This document shows positions 16,579 to 28,219 of a stretch of 64,000 nucleotides of DNA, one piece after another. Under the pieces are notes generated by a model that worked only from the letters and a program-made list of their open reading frames with translations, was not told the DNA's origin and made no database searches. Both the position numbers and the translations under genes were made by a program. Every line of letters begins with the position of its first letter. The stretch's first letter is position 1. The stretch spans positions 248,001 through 312,000 of the forward strand of contig BCKZ01000008.1 of assembly GCA_001600815.1 (NCBI GenBank). The letters are read 5' to 3'. Origin of the DNA: Alloascoidea hylecoeti. Taxonomy: Eukaryota.

Positions 16579-17996
16579 TAGTTGAATTGGGACCGATTTG
16601 TTTATGCTTGTTTTTAAAAAGTCCATCGTCGTTCCAACTTTCTGAAAAACGCATGATGCATATGTCGATTTTGTTTCATTTTTGCTGATTATGTTCTGTT
16701 TTAGGTTAGTGCAAGAGAGATTGTGTTTGTTATTTATTCTTTCTATAAGCACACAATATTTTCCCGAAACCCCTTATAAATATAAATATTAATTGTATAG
16801 ATCTATATATACCCTATGGAACAACTATGGACACTTATGTAACTGATTATTTAATAATTAACTGCAATTGGGTTATGTCAAGCTTATAAGTTTGGAAATA
16901 AATAATTAGCGCCGATATTTTATTTCATTATATTAATTGTAAGTGTTTTCGTTTACAAATTCGACTATTTCAAAACCACTCATCGTAAACTTGGGATGAA
17001 AAGCGATTATTATATTATTTTATTCTATTATACTATTGTTAGTTAGTAATTTGTTACCAGATTTCAGCTACATGCACAATGCAGTGATAATAATATGTGG
17101 TAATTTATAACCCTTTTAATCTTATAAATTTTGATAGATGAAGAAGTGGATAATCATGAGTAATTAATTTTGAATCCAATGAGCTAATAGCCTAATACAT
17201 GGTACAATATGTAAGAATATTGCGAATACTGTATAATTAGATCAGTATTATATCAGTTTATGCACTTGATAGGTTTAAGCAAAAGGCTTAATATTGATAA
17301 GCCTTCCCGATTGAAAAGCTTAATCTCTTAAGCTTAAAATAAATGTGTAATATATTCAAATGAAAAAAAATATATGATTGAAACCTTTAGAATTATCAGT
17401 GCATTCCAGCTATACCACTGTGAATCAAGTCATATGCATGATCTGGGGGATCATTTGTGTAAGTATATTTACCTACATATTTATCACTTTTAACATCCCA
17501 ATTGCAAATGAAGCCTAACTTCATAATTTAACTCTATAACAATAAATTCACCAGAAAGCAAATGTGTGAATAGATGTTGATGCCCCTATCATTGATAATG
17601 AATTGCAACCTACAATTAAATTGAAATATTTTCAAATAATAATTGTTTTGTTCCGCTCTCATGATCTAATAAGAAATGATATTGCGAATTTATTTATTAA
17701 ACAAAAACTCTTCCTACATTGATCATGATCAATATATAACAATATAAACAATATATTGATATGTACCTAAATGATTATTATCGATTATCATGCAATATAT
17801 GAGCTTGTAAAAAAAACTAATGTGAAGCTCTTAAAACCAATTTAGAATCTTGTTTAATAGGAGAAAAAAAATGAATATAAAAGGTAGGGCTCCACCTCCA
17901 TTTACTTATTCTAGTTATTATCTCCACATAGTGGTTATTTTGCAATCGTCATAATTAGTATATTACATTTCTATAGGACCTTAAATTGATATTAAA

Positions 17997-19646
17997 ATGG
18001 TTGCAATTAACCTTCATTTGGGTAAAGGACACCATAAAGACATTGAAAATGAAAATGAATTAAGTCAAGATGAAAAACAACCCACTAAAATCATTACGTC
18101 AGGTCAGGGTTTCGGTGAGACATATCTCGGTTATGACGAAGAAGAAAGTTTATCAGAAGAGGAAAAACTTAAAAGGAATAAATGGAGTTATAAAGTAAAG
18201 AAATTCCTATGGGATTCGGTTGATAAATCAGCCGAAGAGCAAAGATTCTTGACTAAGTTGGATTTCTTTTTACTATCCAGTTCGATGTTGGGATATTTCA
18301 TCAAATACTTGGACCAGGCTAACATTAATAGCGCATACCTTAATGGTATGAAAGAAGATTTATCAATGAATGGAAATCAATTAAATTATATGCAAACATT
18401 ATGGACTGTTGGCTATATTATTGGTCAAATTCCATCAAATCTAATTCTTCACCATATTTCAGCTCGGTTTTATCTTGGAGGGTTAGAATTTGTTTGGGCT
18501 ACTCTGACGATCTGCACAACGGCTGTTACCAAGGTAGAACATTTATATGCAATTAGGTTCCTTGTTGGTCTAACAGAAAGTGGATTTTTTCCCGGTATGG
18601 AATATCTTGTTGGTTCTTGGTATTCTAAAGAAGAAATTACCAAACGTTCTGCCTTATTTGCTTGTGCTGGTACCGCTGGTCAAATGGTAACTGGGCTTCT
18701 AGTAAGCGCTATTATAGATGGTATTGGTAAAACAAATACAAAATATTCGGCATGGAAATGGCTTTTTGTATTTGATGCTGTAATATCTTATCCAGTTGGA
18801 ATCTATACTATGTGCGTTGATCCAAATACACCGAGTACCTGTACAGCTTGGTATTTGACTAAAAGACAAAAAGAGATTGCAATTGAAAGAAGAAAAAGAA
18901 TAGGTGCACAGCTTAATACACGTCAGCCATATACTTGGGAAAAAATCAAATCAATATTCAATACATGGCACATTTGGGTATTTCCTATATTGTTTTTATG
19001 CTATAATAATTCTTGTAATGCAAGTGGTCAACCTACATTCTCAGGTTGGTTAAAATATTCTTTAGGAATGTCCCAGGAACATTATAATATGTATCCAACC
19101 TCAGCTACTGGTGCCTCAATTGGCTGTGCCATTGTTGCGGCTTATTTGGCAGACTACTTAAAGGGTCGAACTTATCCTTTTGTTTATGGGTTTTTTGTTT
19201 CGTTGCTATTTGGTTGCATTTGTTTATCAATTTGGGATATTCCGATAGGATTACATTGGTTCGCTTATTATGCAGTTACCGTTCCTACCACAATGGGACA
19301 ACCTATGATATTTTGTTGGGTGAATAGACTACTTTTTTACGATGATCAAAAAAGAAACTTGACAGTAGCTGTCACAAATGTTTTGGCATATGTCACCAAT
19401 GCTTGGCTTCCCATTTTCACATGGAGTGCCGATGATTTACCAGCATATCATGTAGGTTTTACTTTCACGGCATGTTTATCTGCTTTAGGTATTATTATGA
19501 CAACTATTGCTCTCTACTTCACTCGAAGAGATGATAAGAGGGATGAGGAAAAACGTCAACTTTATAAGTCAGAAAAGCAACATGAACAAACAAAGTCAGG
19601 GGAAAAGATCTCTACTACCACAGTCAGTGAAAATGAAAAACTTTGA
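17997..19646 (+). CDS. MFS anion:cation symporter family permease (Fen2/Liz1/Seo1-like)
   Basis: KLDFFLL..YLDQANINSAYLNGMKEDL, RFLVGLTESGFFPG..GSWY..E..KRSA and WKWLFVFD, with multiple hydrophobic segments. Confidence 0.88.
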   Translation: MVAINLHLGKGHHKDIENENELSQDEKQPTKIITSGQGFGETYLGYDEEESLSEEEKLKRNKWSYKVKKFLWDSVDKSAEEQRFLTKLDFFLLSSSMLGYFIKYLDQANINSAYLNGMKEDLSMNGNQLNYMQTLWTVGYIIGQIPSNLILHHISARFYLGGLEFVWATLTICTTAVTKVEHLYAIRFLVGLTESGFFPGMEYLVGSWYSKEEITKRSALFACAGTAGQMVTGLLVSAIIDGIGKTNTKYSAWKWLFVFDAVISYPVGIYTMCVDPNTPSTCTAWYLTKRQKEIAIERRKRIGAQLNTRQPYTWEKIKSIFNTWHIWVFPILFLCYNNSCNASGQPTFSGWLKYSLGMSQEHYNMYPTSATGASIGCAIVAAYLADYLKGRTYPFVYGFFVSLLFGCICLSIWDIPIGLHWFAYYAVTVPTTMGQPMIFCWVNRLLFYDDQKRNLTVAVTNVLAYVTNAWLPIFTWSADDLPAYHVGFTFTACLSALGIIMTTIALYFTRRDDKRDEEKRQLYKSEKQHEQTKSGEKISTTTVSENEKL

Positions 19647-20043
19647 CGGAAAATAAAGTCTCATGGTTAGGAAAGACTCGCAAGTTAACATGCATTTGCA
19701 ATTATATTTATGTTTTGTATTGTTAGTTACACATAGGATAACCTTATAATATATTGTATAAGTTATTGAACTGCCTGAATATTTTATAGATGTACATTTA
19801 AATTTATTTAAATAACTTTCATCATGATTATTACATCTAGTTTTAAAAAAAATATATATATATACAGGATTTTTGATTTTCATTTACGTAAATAACTATG
19901 GGAATTTTTTAAAATGTGAATGTCTTATAATTTTCCAATATCTTAATCTTTATTTAAGTACCATATATGCATCATTTCAAATAGAATTAAAAAAAATTAA
20001 TTATCGGACTCCTTCTGCTTTGTTACAACATGACACGGTAGTA

Positions 20044-20520
20044 TCAAATTAAACTTTGGCGTAGCAGCCTCTTTCTTTCTTTTGCATTGTTTAGTAAATG
20101 TTTCCAAGTTTTGTTTTGACACAAACACTTGGAATTCCCAATGATCCAAAGACTGCTTCTTGCTCTTGTGATACCAATCTTCTATGATCTTTCAAAAACC
20201 CAACCTCATCACCCGTACTAACGGTTGAGAAAATAATGACTTCTTTTTTATCAATTCTTCCTCTGAAGCAGTACTCCATAGAGAGTTATCCAATGTTTCC
20301 AGCATCTTAACTAGAGCAATTGCGAAATTAATCTCTTTTTTATTATATATGGAGAAATCAAATTCAGTCTTCTTATGCTTTCCAATTGTAATATCGAAAA
20401 ATGCGTCTTTTAAAGTTTGAAGTCCAAATACTGATTGATTATGCCTGTACTTTTTGGTTTTAGCAGCCATATTCAATCCATCAATAAGTTTACCGCCATA
20501 GAATGTCTTATAAAATCTCT
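20044..20520 (-). pseudogene. Second Sen1-like helicase remnant (C-terminal RecA2 part)
   Basis: TFYGGKLIDGLNMAAKTKK..NKKEINFAIALV, then across frameshifts KEVIIFSTV..VGFLKDHRRL and TRARSSLWIIGNSKCLCQNKTWKHLLNNAKER (motif VI region). Confidence 0.8.
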
Positions 20521-20588
20521 GAAATTAGGCTTAGATTTTGTTGATTTATAGAAATGAGGTGAAATTGGCAAAAAAGACAAAAAATAAA

Positions 20589-20675
20589 CTCCCACACAGG
20601 GGCTCGAACCCTGGACATTTCGGTCGACTTTTAAGTCCTAAAAGCCGAACGCTCTACCAACTGAGCTATGCGGGA
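20589..20675 (-). tRNA. tRNA-Lys(UUU) with 14-nt intron
   Basis: TCCCGCATAGCTCAGTTGGTAGAGCGTTCGGCTTTTA[GGACTTAAAAGTCG]ACCGAAATGTCCAGGGTTCGAGCCCCTGTGTGGGAG: complete cloverleaf with A and B boxes, followed by a T-rich terminator. Confidence 0.96.
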
Positions 20676-20738
20676 AATTCATATCGGTTCGTCGCGTGCT
20701 CTACTCCAAACCTTAAATATTTTTTTTTGGTTTCAGTA

Positions 20739-20746
20739 GTCACGTG
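20739..20746. promoter_or_regulatory. Cbf1-type E-box GTCACGTG upstream of MTO1
   Basis: Exact RTCACGTG ~110 bp before the MTO1 ATG. A similar ATCACGTG sits at ~60619 before the HMG-repeat gene. Confidence 0.35.
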
Positions 20747-20853
20747 ATTGTATGAAAAATATGAACCTGTTCTTTTGGTTTGAATAAGTTTGTTAACACT
20801 GAGAACTCTCAGGTCAGATTATGTGTTAAATTATAACAAATTAGTTAAAGAAA

Positions 20854-22899
20854 ATGTTAAAGATATCTGGATATTCTAGATCTAGTTTTAAACTATTATC
20901 ACCATTTTTAAATCAAACAAGAAATATTTCATTAACATCAGAAACAAGAAGAATATTAGAAGATTTACCAAATAATGATGTTGTTGTTATTGGAGGAGGA
21001 CATGCTGGTTGTGAAGCAAGTAGTGGTAGTGCAAGAGTTGGAGCAAAAACAATATTAATTACTCAAAAGAAAGATTCTATTGGTATTTGTTCATGTAATC
21101 CAAGTTTTGGTGGTATTGGTAAAGGTACATTATTAAGAGAAATTGATGCTTTAGATGGTGTATCATCAAAAATTGTTGATAAAGCAGGTATTCAATTTAA
21201 AATTTTAAATAAAAGACATGGACCTGCTGCATGGGGACCAAGAGCACAAATTGATAGAAAGATTTATAAAAATGAAATGCAAAATTTATTAATTAATGAA
21301 TATCCAAATTTAAATGTTAAAGAAGGAACTGTTAAAGATATTATTATTGATCAAGATGTTACTAATTTAGATCCGAATAAAAGAATACACGGGATAGTTA
21401 AAGGAGTTATATTAGAAAATGGTGAAATTATTAAAACTTCAAATGTTGTGATTACAACTGGAACATTTTTAGGTGGTGAAATTCATATTGGATTATCAGC
21501 TTATCCGTCAGGTAGAATTGGTGAAGCGGCAACATTTGGTATAAGTAAAACTTTAAAAGATGCTGGTTTTAAATTAGGTAGATTAAAAACTGGTACACCA
21601 CCAAGATTAGATCATAAAACAATTAATTATAAAAATTTAAACCCAGAAGCTGGTGATGAACCTCCACAACCTTTTAGTTTTATGAATGATAAAGTATCAA
21701 TTGATAAACAAGTTTTATGTCATATGACTTATACAAGTTCAAAATCTCATGAAATTTTAAGAAATAATTTAGATAAATCAATTCATATTAGAGAAACTGT
21801 CAAAGGACCAAGATATTGTCCATCAATAGAAAGTAAAATTATTAGATTTCCTGAGAAGCAAAGACATCAAATATGGTTAGAACCAGAAGGTTTAGATACA
21901 GATGTTGTATATCCAAATGGAATTAGTATAACAATGCCTGCTGATATTCAACTTGAATTTTTAAAAACAATTGGCGGTTTAGAAAATGTTATAATGTTAC
22001 AACCAGGTTATGGAGTTGAATATGATTATGTTGATCCAAGAGAATTAAGAGCAAGTCTTGAAACAAAACTTGTAAATGGTTTATTCTTAGCAGGTCAAAT
22101 TAATGGTACAACTGGTTATGAAGAAGCAGCATCACAAGGCATAATCGCAGGTATAAATGCTGGTTTATCATCATTAGGTAAAGAACCACTTATTTTAAAG
22201 AGAAAAGATGCATATATTGGAGTTTTAATTGATGATTTAATTACAAAAGGTGTTGAAGAACCATATAGAATGTTTACAACTAGATCTGAATTTAGGATAT
22301 CAGTAAGATCTGATAATGCAGATATTAGATTAACAGAATTAGGTCATAATAAAGGAGCAATTTCAAATGAAAGATGGATTAAATTTCAATCAGATATGGA
22401 ATTATTAAATAATGCTAAAACTATTATGAAAAATTATAAACAATCTTCAAAAAAATGGTTAAATTTAGTACCAGATATTAGACTTTCACCAGAAGGATCA
22501 GTTAAATCAGCATTTGAAGTTATTTCTTATGGTGGTATGTCAGTTGAAATAATGAAAAAAATATCGGAAGAAAATTCAGATATGAAAGAGATTTCAAATT
22601 TTTCAAATAATATAATTAAAAGAATTTATATTGACTCAAAATATAGTACAATTACAAATAAAGAAGCAGATTTATATAAATATTTGGATAAAGATGAAGA
22701 TTTTCAACTACCCAAAAATCATGATTATAGTTTTATGCCAAGTCTACCAATTGAAGCAAGAGTTTTATTAAATACTATACAACCAGAAACTATTGGTCAA
22801 GCAAGAAGAATTCAAGGAATTACACCAGAGGCTTGTTTTCAATTGTATACATTGGGCAAATCTTTAAAAATTAATAAACCCAGGGAAACTAAACTTTAA
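20854..22899 (+). CDS. MTO1: Mitochondrial tRNA uridine modification enzyme Mto1/GidA
   Basis: [36 protein letters not shown] and [15 protein letters not shown]-terminal presequence. Confidence 0.97.
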   Translation: MLKISGYSRSSFKLLSPFLNQTRNISLTSETRRILEDLPNNDVVVIGGGHAGCEASSGSARVGAKTILITQKKDSIGICSCNPSFGGIGKGTLLREIDALDGVSSKIVDKAGIQFKILNKRHGPAAWGPRAQIDRKIYKNEMQNLLINEYPNLNVKEGTVKDIIIDQDVTNLDPNKRIHGIVKGVILENGEIIKTSNVVITTGTFLGGEIHIGLSAYPSGRIGEAATFGISKTLKDAGFKLGRLKTGTPPRLDHKTINYKNLNPEAGDEPPQPFSFMNDKVSIDKQVLCHMTYTSSKSHEILRNNLDKSIHIRETVKGPRYCPSIESKIIRFPEKQRHQIWLEPEGLDTDVVYPNGISITMPADIQLEFLKTIGGLENVIMLQPGYGVEYDYVDPRELRASLETKLVNGLFLAGQINGTTGYEEAASQGIIAGINAGLSSLGKEPLILKRKDAYIGVLIDDLITKGVEEPYRMFTTRSEFRISVRSDNADIRLTELGHNKGAISNERWIKFQSDMELLNNAKTIMKNYKQSSKKWLNLVPDIRLSPEGSVKSAFEVISYGGMSVEIMKKISEENSDMKEISNFSNNIIKRIYIDSKYSTITNKEADLYKYLDKDEDFQLPKNHDYSFMPSLPIEARVLLNTIQPETIGQARRIQGITPEACFQLYTLGKSLKINKPRETKL

Positions 22900-23117
22900 G
22901 CAATATATTGTTACATTGTAAATATAAATATATTTGCTTTTAGATATCATACCTGATCATAAAAATTAAATACTACATTAATATTGTATAAACTTCACAA
23001 TAATAGTTTAGATATTTCTATACATATATATTATAATCATATTCATATTTTAGTCTCTTTCCTATTCACATTCAATTCGTTAAAAATAAAGTATAACCGT
23101 TGACCAATAGATTCTAA

Positions 23118-24428
23118 CTAATGATCTTTAGAAATTGGAGCATTTGGTAATTCTTCAATAGATTCAACAATTAAATCAACACCTCTTAATAAATCATCTC
23201 TTTCAATAACTAAAGGAGGAGCTAATCGAATAATATTTTGGTGTGTTGGTTTTGCTAAAAGTCCTTTATTTTTTAACAATATACATAAATCCCAAGCACT
23301 TCTACCATTTGTATGAGATTCATCAATAACAATTGCATTTAAAAGACCTTTACCTCTAATGATTGAAACGATTTTTTTACCATTTACACCAAGTTTATTT
23401 CGAAGTGTAGTTCTAAATAATTCACCAAGTTCAGCTGCACGTTCAACTAAGTTTTCTTCTTTAACAACTTCTAAGGCAGCAATTGCAACACGACATGATA
23501 AAGGATTTCCACCATAAGTTGAACCATGAGTACCAGGAGAAAAACAAAGCATGATTTCTCTTGATGATAAAACAGCAGAAACTGGAGTAACACCACCAGA
23601 AATTGCTTTACCTAATAATATAACATCAGGTTTAATACCATAATGTTCAGTACATAACATTTTACCAGTTCTTGCAATACCAGTTTGAATTTCATCAGCG
23701 ATTAATAAAACATTATATTTTTTACATAATTCAGCAACTTTTGGAAAATAATCATCATCTGGAACCATAATTCCTGCTTCACCTTGGATTGGTTCAACCA
23801 AAAAGGCAGCAATTTTATCACCAGCATTTTGAAAAGCTTCTTCTAAATCACCAATATTATTATAACGTAGAGGTTTATTTGTACCAGGAATAATAGGACC
23901 AACATTTTTTAAATATGGACCAAAATCATCAGTTGCTTCATTATCAGTTGACATTGATATAATTCCCAAGGTTCTGCCATGGAAATTTTCAGTTGCAGCA
24001 AGTACGATTGCTTCACCTTGTGGAATACCTTTTTTCAAATAACCCCATTTACGGGCTAATTTAATTGCAGTTTCAACAGCTTCAGCACCTGTATTCATTG
24101 GTAAAACCATCTCATAACCGAAATATTCAGTAATATATTTTGAAAAATAACCAAAGACATCATTTGAAAAAGCACGAGAAGATAAAGTTAATGTTTGGGC
24201 TTGCTCAATCAAGGCAGCAATGATTTTTGGATGACAATGGCCTTGATTAACGGCAGAATAAGCCGATAAGAAATCGAGATATTCTTTTCCTTCAGGATCC
24301 CATACTTTTGCACCTAAAGCTTTATGGAAAACAACGGGTAATGGATGATAATTATGAGCCGAGTATTTCTCTTCGTAATCAACCGAAGTTTTTGAAGATA
24401 ACTCAATTGGAGTAACAGAAACAGTCAT
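23118..24428 (-). CDS. CAR2: Ornithine aminotransferase
   Basis: [41 protein letters not shown] and [10 protein letters not shown]. Confidence 0.97.
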   Translation of the reverse strand: MTVSVTPIELSSKTSVDYEEKYSAHNYHPLPVVFHKALGAKVWDPEGKEYLDFLSAYSAVNQGHCHPKIIAALIEQAQTLTLSSRAFSNDVFGYFSKYITEYFGYEMVLPMNTGAEAVETAIKLARKWGYLKKGIPQGEAIVLAATENFHGRTLGIISMSTDNEATDDFGPYLKNVGPIIPGTNKPLRYNNIGDLEEAFQNAGDKIAAFLVEPIQGEAGIMVPDDDYFPKVAELCKKYNVLLIADEIQTGIARTGKMLCTEHYGIKPDVILLGKAISGGVTPVSAVLSSREIMLCFSPGTHGSTYGGNPLSCRVAIAALEVVKEENLVERAAELGELFRTTLRNKLGVNGKKIVSIIRGKGLLNAIVIDESHTNGRSAWDLCILLKNKGLLAKPTHQNIIRLAPPLVIERDDLLRGVDLIVESIEELPNAPISKDH

Positions 24429-24662
24429 TTTTTGTAATAAAGTATAAATATTGTAAAAAACAGAGTAAAAATAAAATCTGGAAGAAGGGAAAAGCAGTTC
24501 TTTAAGTAGTTTGCTTCTGTCGCTTTTCGTTGCCTATAGCGCTCCATACTTAACACCGATGGAGTTACCCGGAGCCGAAGTGGTTTTCCTTTTCGGTGTC
24601 TCCTGCACTTAACTATCAATCTTTATCTACCGATGTTTTATGCTTTCAATGCTGAAATCTTT

Positions 24663-24664
24663 CA

Positions 24665-24696
<32 letters not shown>

Positions 24697-24725
24697 TTAT
24701 TGTTATTGTTATTGTTATTGTTATT
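24663..24725. repeat. Compound microsatellite (TTTTTA)n/(TTGTTA)n
   Basis: Tandem hexamers visible directly between the SPT2 3' end and the CAR2 promoter. Confidence 0.8.
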
Positions 24726-24795
24726 TTTTTTGAATAAATACAAGTAAATAAAAAATGTCAATGATTAATCCTATTATAGCTATTAATTATGATGG

Positions 24796-25977
24796 CTATC
24801 TATGACTTCTTTGTTTCTTTTGTGCTGCTCTTCGTCTTTCTGCCTCCTCTTCCATCTTATCCTCTCTTCTACCATATGCTGAACTTTTAGTTTCCTCCAT
24901 TAAAATGTCAGTTCCGGTAGCCTCCATATCATCACTATCGTAATCATCATAAGTAAAATCACTCTTCTTTTTTCCTCGGTTGAAAATGCTCCAAATTTCA
25001 TCCTTATCATAACCTGGGTCAGGAACTGAATCATAACGTCCGGATCCTACTCGTCTTGAGCTTTGTCGTCTGCTACTATAACGATCATCTTCTGATTCAT
25101 CATGTTCAATAAAATCATCAACTGAATCATACTCATCTTCAAGTTCTTCCTCACTGCGTCTTTTCTTGGCTGCCTTTATTTTGTTGGCTAATTTCGGCAT
25201 AGGACGACTAAATGGTGCCGGTGCTGAGGGTTTCCTTGAAAAAACTGACCGGCTATTATTATTATTAGCGGTTAATTCATCTGAGTTTTTAGAAGCACCT
25301 GATCCGGCTCTATTAATACCTTGTCTTCTTGCCATGTTATTGTTGTTGTTATTTGATCTTGAAAGTGGTGCCTTACTTATTCCATTTGATCTTGTATTCT
25401 CTCCTCCATTCAAACTATTACGATTATTTTTCAGTTTAACTCTTTCTTGTCTTTTTGAATCCTTTCCATTTTCATTATCTTTTTTTGAATCTCTTATTTT
25501 AATCTTTAATTTAAGATTATCAATATCAATCTTTTCTGATTCTTTCATAAGTTCAGAAAATTTTAATTTCTTTCTTGGTGAATTAGTTGTACTTCTTTGA
25601 TTTAAATTTGATGATGATAAATAAGAATTTAATCTACCATTACTTCTTGAATTTCTTGGACCATTATTGGAATTATTAGAAGTATTTGAAGTATTAGTTG
25701 TTGACCGACGAGCCTTTGAATTAGTTGCAAGTTGTTGTGCTCTTTTCTTACTTTTAATATCATCTATTTTTCTTTGTGCTTCTTTTTCTTTTAATCGATC
25801 ATTTTTTAACCTTTGTACTCTTTCCATTTGTTCTCTTCTTTCTTCTTCACTTACATATGATGATGGTTGTGATTGACGTTTGCCATTTGACCCGGATGTT
25901 CTCTTGTTATCTGAATTATCCTGGGTTGAATTATACCCTCTTTGGGTAATTTGACTAAGTAACGTCGTTATATTCAT
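24796..25977 (-). CDS. SPT2: Chromatin protein Spt2
   Basis: C-terminal Spt2 signature DDFIEHD..DEIWSIFNRGKKKSDF..DDYDSDDMEATG.DIL.EE..S...GRRED; basic low-complexity middle. Confidence 0.88.
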   Translation of the reverse strand: MNITTLLSQITQRGYNSTQDNSDNKRTSGSNGKRQSQPSSYVSEEERREQMERVQRLKNDRLKEKEAQRKIDDIKSKKRAQQLATNSKARRSTTNTSNTSNNSNNGPRNSRSNGRLNSYLSSSNLNQRSTTNSPRKKLKFSELMKESEKIDIDNLKLKIKIRDSKKDNENGKDSKRQERVKLKNNRNSLNGGENTRSNGISKAPLSRSNNNNNNMARRQGINRAGSGASKNSDELTANNNNSRSVFSRKPSAPAPFSRPMPKLANKIKAAKKRRSEEELEDEYDSVDDFIEHDESEDDRYSSRRQSSRRVGSGRYDSVPDPGYDKDEIWSIFNRGKKKSDFTYDDYDSDDMEATGTDILMEETKSSAYGRREDKMEEEAERRRAAQKKQRSHR

Positions 25978-26324
25978 ACTTCTTTCCTTCTTTATTATGG
26001 AATAAAATATGCTAGTTATAGGAGAATGTGTTTCTTAAAGAAATGAATGATTATTGTCTGAAATGACAGTTTTTTATAGACGGTACTTGGGATGTACGGA
26101 TGTTTTATTTTTACAACTTATTATCAAAAGAAATATTTATAGTATATGATATAAATTTAAAGGATATAGAATCTAGATTCGTAGCATTTAATGAAATGTA
26201 TTAATACTGATTAAAATACATAGCTGTGTTCTCAAACATTGTAAAACATAGATAAAAAAAGAAAAATTAAAGGTTTTATAGTTATGTATAATATGGTAGT
26301 ATGTTCAACAGAAAAATCAATCTT

Positions 26325-26356
<32 letters not shown>

Positions 26357-26456
26357 AGTTGTTATTTATTTCACTTAAAAAATTAAATATGAACTTTATA
26401 AGTGGAGTAAATTAAATTACAGAATGTACCATATATAATAGTTATAATGTAATAAT

Positions 26457-26936
26457 CTAAACGATAAGGTAACGAATAGGAATATGAATCTAAAAAAATT
26501 AATTAATTAGTCCCCCGAGTATATTTCATAAAAAGATAAAAACTAATATCTTAACATCTTCTTTTATAAAGATTGAATAGACTTACCAATTTGACAGCAT
26601 AGCCAACAACTCCCATAATAATAAAACCAACACCAACAGCCCGGATAATCTTTAAATATTCTAAAAAAAACATTGAAAATAAATCAATCTCAAGGTAACG
26701 ATACTAAATACATTGATACAAAATACTCCTCTCGGAATATCAATGTATTTAGTAACCATGAAGTTGAAGGACAATAATAATTAGTGATTTGTTTCATCTT
26801 TAAATGATGATGAGCAAGGCAAGGGTCGTGTCATACCTTTTTTATCAGGTTTAGTACATTTTTGTATGAAGGCAGAACCATCTTTGACAAAATCGACAGG
26901 AACCTGCGTGATACTCTCTAATCCATCTTTAGCCAT
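26457..26936 (-). CDS. SSS1: Sec61 gamma subunit, two introns
   Basis: Exons 26936-26837, 26660-26587 and ~26489-26457 give MAKDGLESITQVPVDFVKDGSAFIQKCTKPDKKEYLKIIRAVGVGFIIMGVVGYAVKLIHIPIRYLIV*. Not in the ORF track. Confidence 0.95.
26702..26754 (-). other. RNA hairpin inside SSS1 intron 1 (17-bp perfect stem, inner UUCC-GAGA-GGAG tetraloop stem)
   Basis: 26702-26718 is the exact reverse complement of 26738-26754. It lies between the putative branch point CACTAAT (26786-26780) and the 3' splice site (26661). Confidence 0.75.
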
Positions 26937-27199
26937 TTTTGTGTTAAGTAATTAATAAAATATATGATAGTTGGGATTTTTCAGGTTTGGAAGACTGAAT
27001 GTGCTGTCTTTTTTGGTACATCGGTACTTAAAGTACTGCGTCAGGATGATAGTTACGCACGAAACCTGTTAGCCTTCTTAAATAAATCGATATCGTTTAT
27101 GAAAAGGATTAAAATCATCACTAAAAGTAATATAATGAGAGTATAAAAATGCCAAAATGCGTTCATTCTACGATATTATTAATTTGAGGAACAATAAAA

Positions 27200-28090
27200 A
27201 CTTCGTCAAAAGCCATTCTTAGTAAATGGTATAATATTGGTGGTTATTGGCACGCATATGGTGGAATAAACTTCGACAATATGGTAACATATATTCGTGT
27301 AAATCGCAGGAAATAGCTGCACATTTCACTTTCGTCACAGATTATAGTTTGAGAGCAAGTAACGAACCATTTTTCCCACCCATCATCATCTCTCAAATCT
27401 TTATGAATTATCGACTTTTTTGATTTAAAAATAATCATGGAGGGAATGAAATCACTCATGGCATTGATGGTTGATGGATTCAACGCAACTGGAAAAGTCC
27501 CCTAAAAGAAGATCAACAACTGATGAATAGACAAAAATGCCGCTGGAACCAATACCTTTCTAGTTTTCCAACTTCCCGATCTTCCCATCCCCAGGAATAC
27601 ATCCAGTATCATCCATATTGTAAATGTTGCTTGTATTTATATTCGTCACATAACTATTTCAGCCATTTGAACCAGCTTTGCATGTTTACTTTATCGGTTG
27701 CAAAGAATCTATAAGAATCAATAACGTTATGCAGCCTGCAAACCGTTTTATCGTGTATATCTAAAAAGGTCACAACGGTGCCATTGGTTTTTTATGTAAT
27801 GTTCATTCGTTATTATTGCTATCTGTTTAGGAATTTGAAAAAACTCTCATCTGCATATATTCTTCAGGAATCATAAATAATAGTGATCTATCTACAAAGT
27901 GATATTTGGCCACTTCCCGAGTGTGCTCTAATATCTCATCTTCCTGAGAAACTAAAAGATTTTAATTTGTTTTATTTAGCTCCTAAATTAGAGGATCTAT
28001 TTAACCTATTCCTTAGCTATAGGGGAAATCTGGGAACAGCGAAGTCTTTTGCGATCTTGCTACATGACACCTTATGGATCAGCTGCGCGT
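27200..28090 (-). mobile_element. Degenerate pogo/Fot1-type (DDE_1) transposase remnant
   Basis: Minus-strand fragments: HTH-like SCSKIAKDFAVPR..LRNRLN (~28080-28000), IYNMDDTG (27625-27602) and INAMSDFIPSMIIFKSK..WFVTCSQ (~27470-27350). Many stops and frameshifts; no TIRs found. Confidence 0.7.
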
Positions 28091-28219
28091 AAATAATGTG
28101 TTATCTAATTTGAAACATTGATTTTCCCTTTCCCCCTTTGAATTAAGGTTCTTTTATGACATGGTGATGAGGTTGGAATTGAGTTCATTAGTATTTTCTT
28201 CCTGGTGCAAGGAACCTTT

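Noticed and set aside
13630..20520. One helicase gene split by the MFS insertion, or a Helitron
   Set aside because: The pieces overlap in homology and are in the wrong order for a split gene. The helicase is Sen1/Upf1-type, not Pif1-type, and no Rep domain is seen.
24425..24619. Possible uORF overlapping the CAR2 start
   Set aside because: No true ATG at the track start and no recognisable attenuator peptide.
25166..25876. Hydrophobic antisense ORFs inside SPT2
   Set aside because: Reverse-complement artefacts of K/N/R-rich codons.
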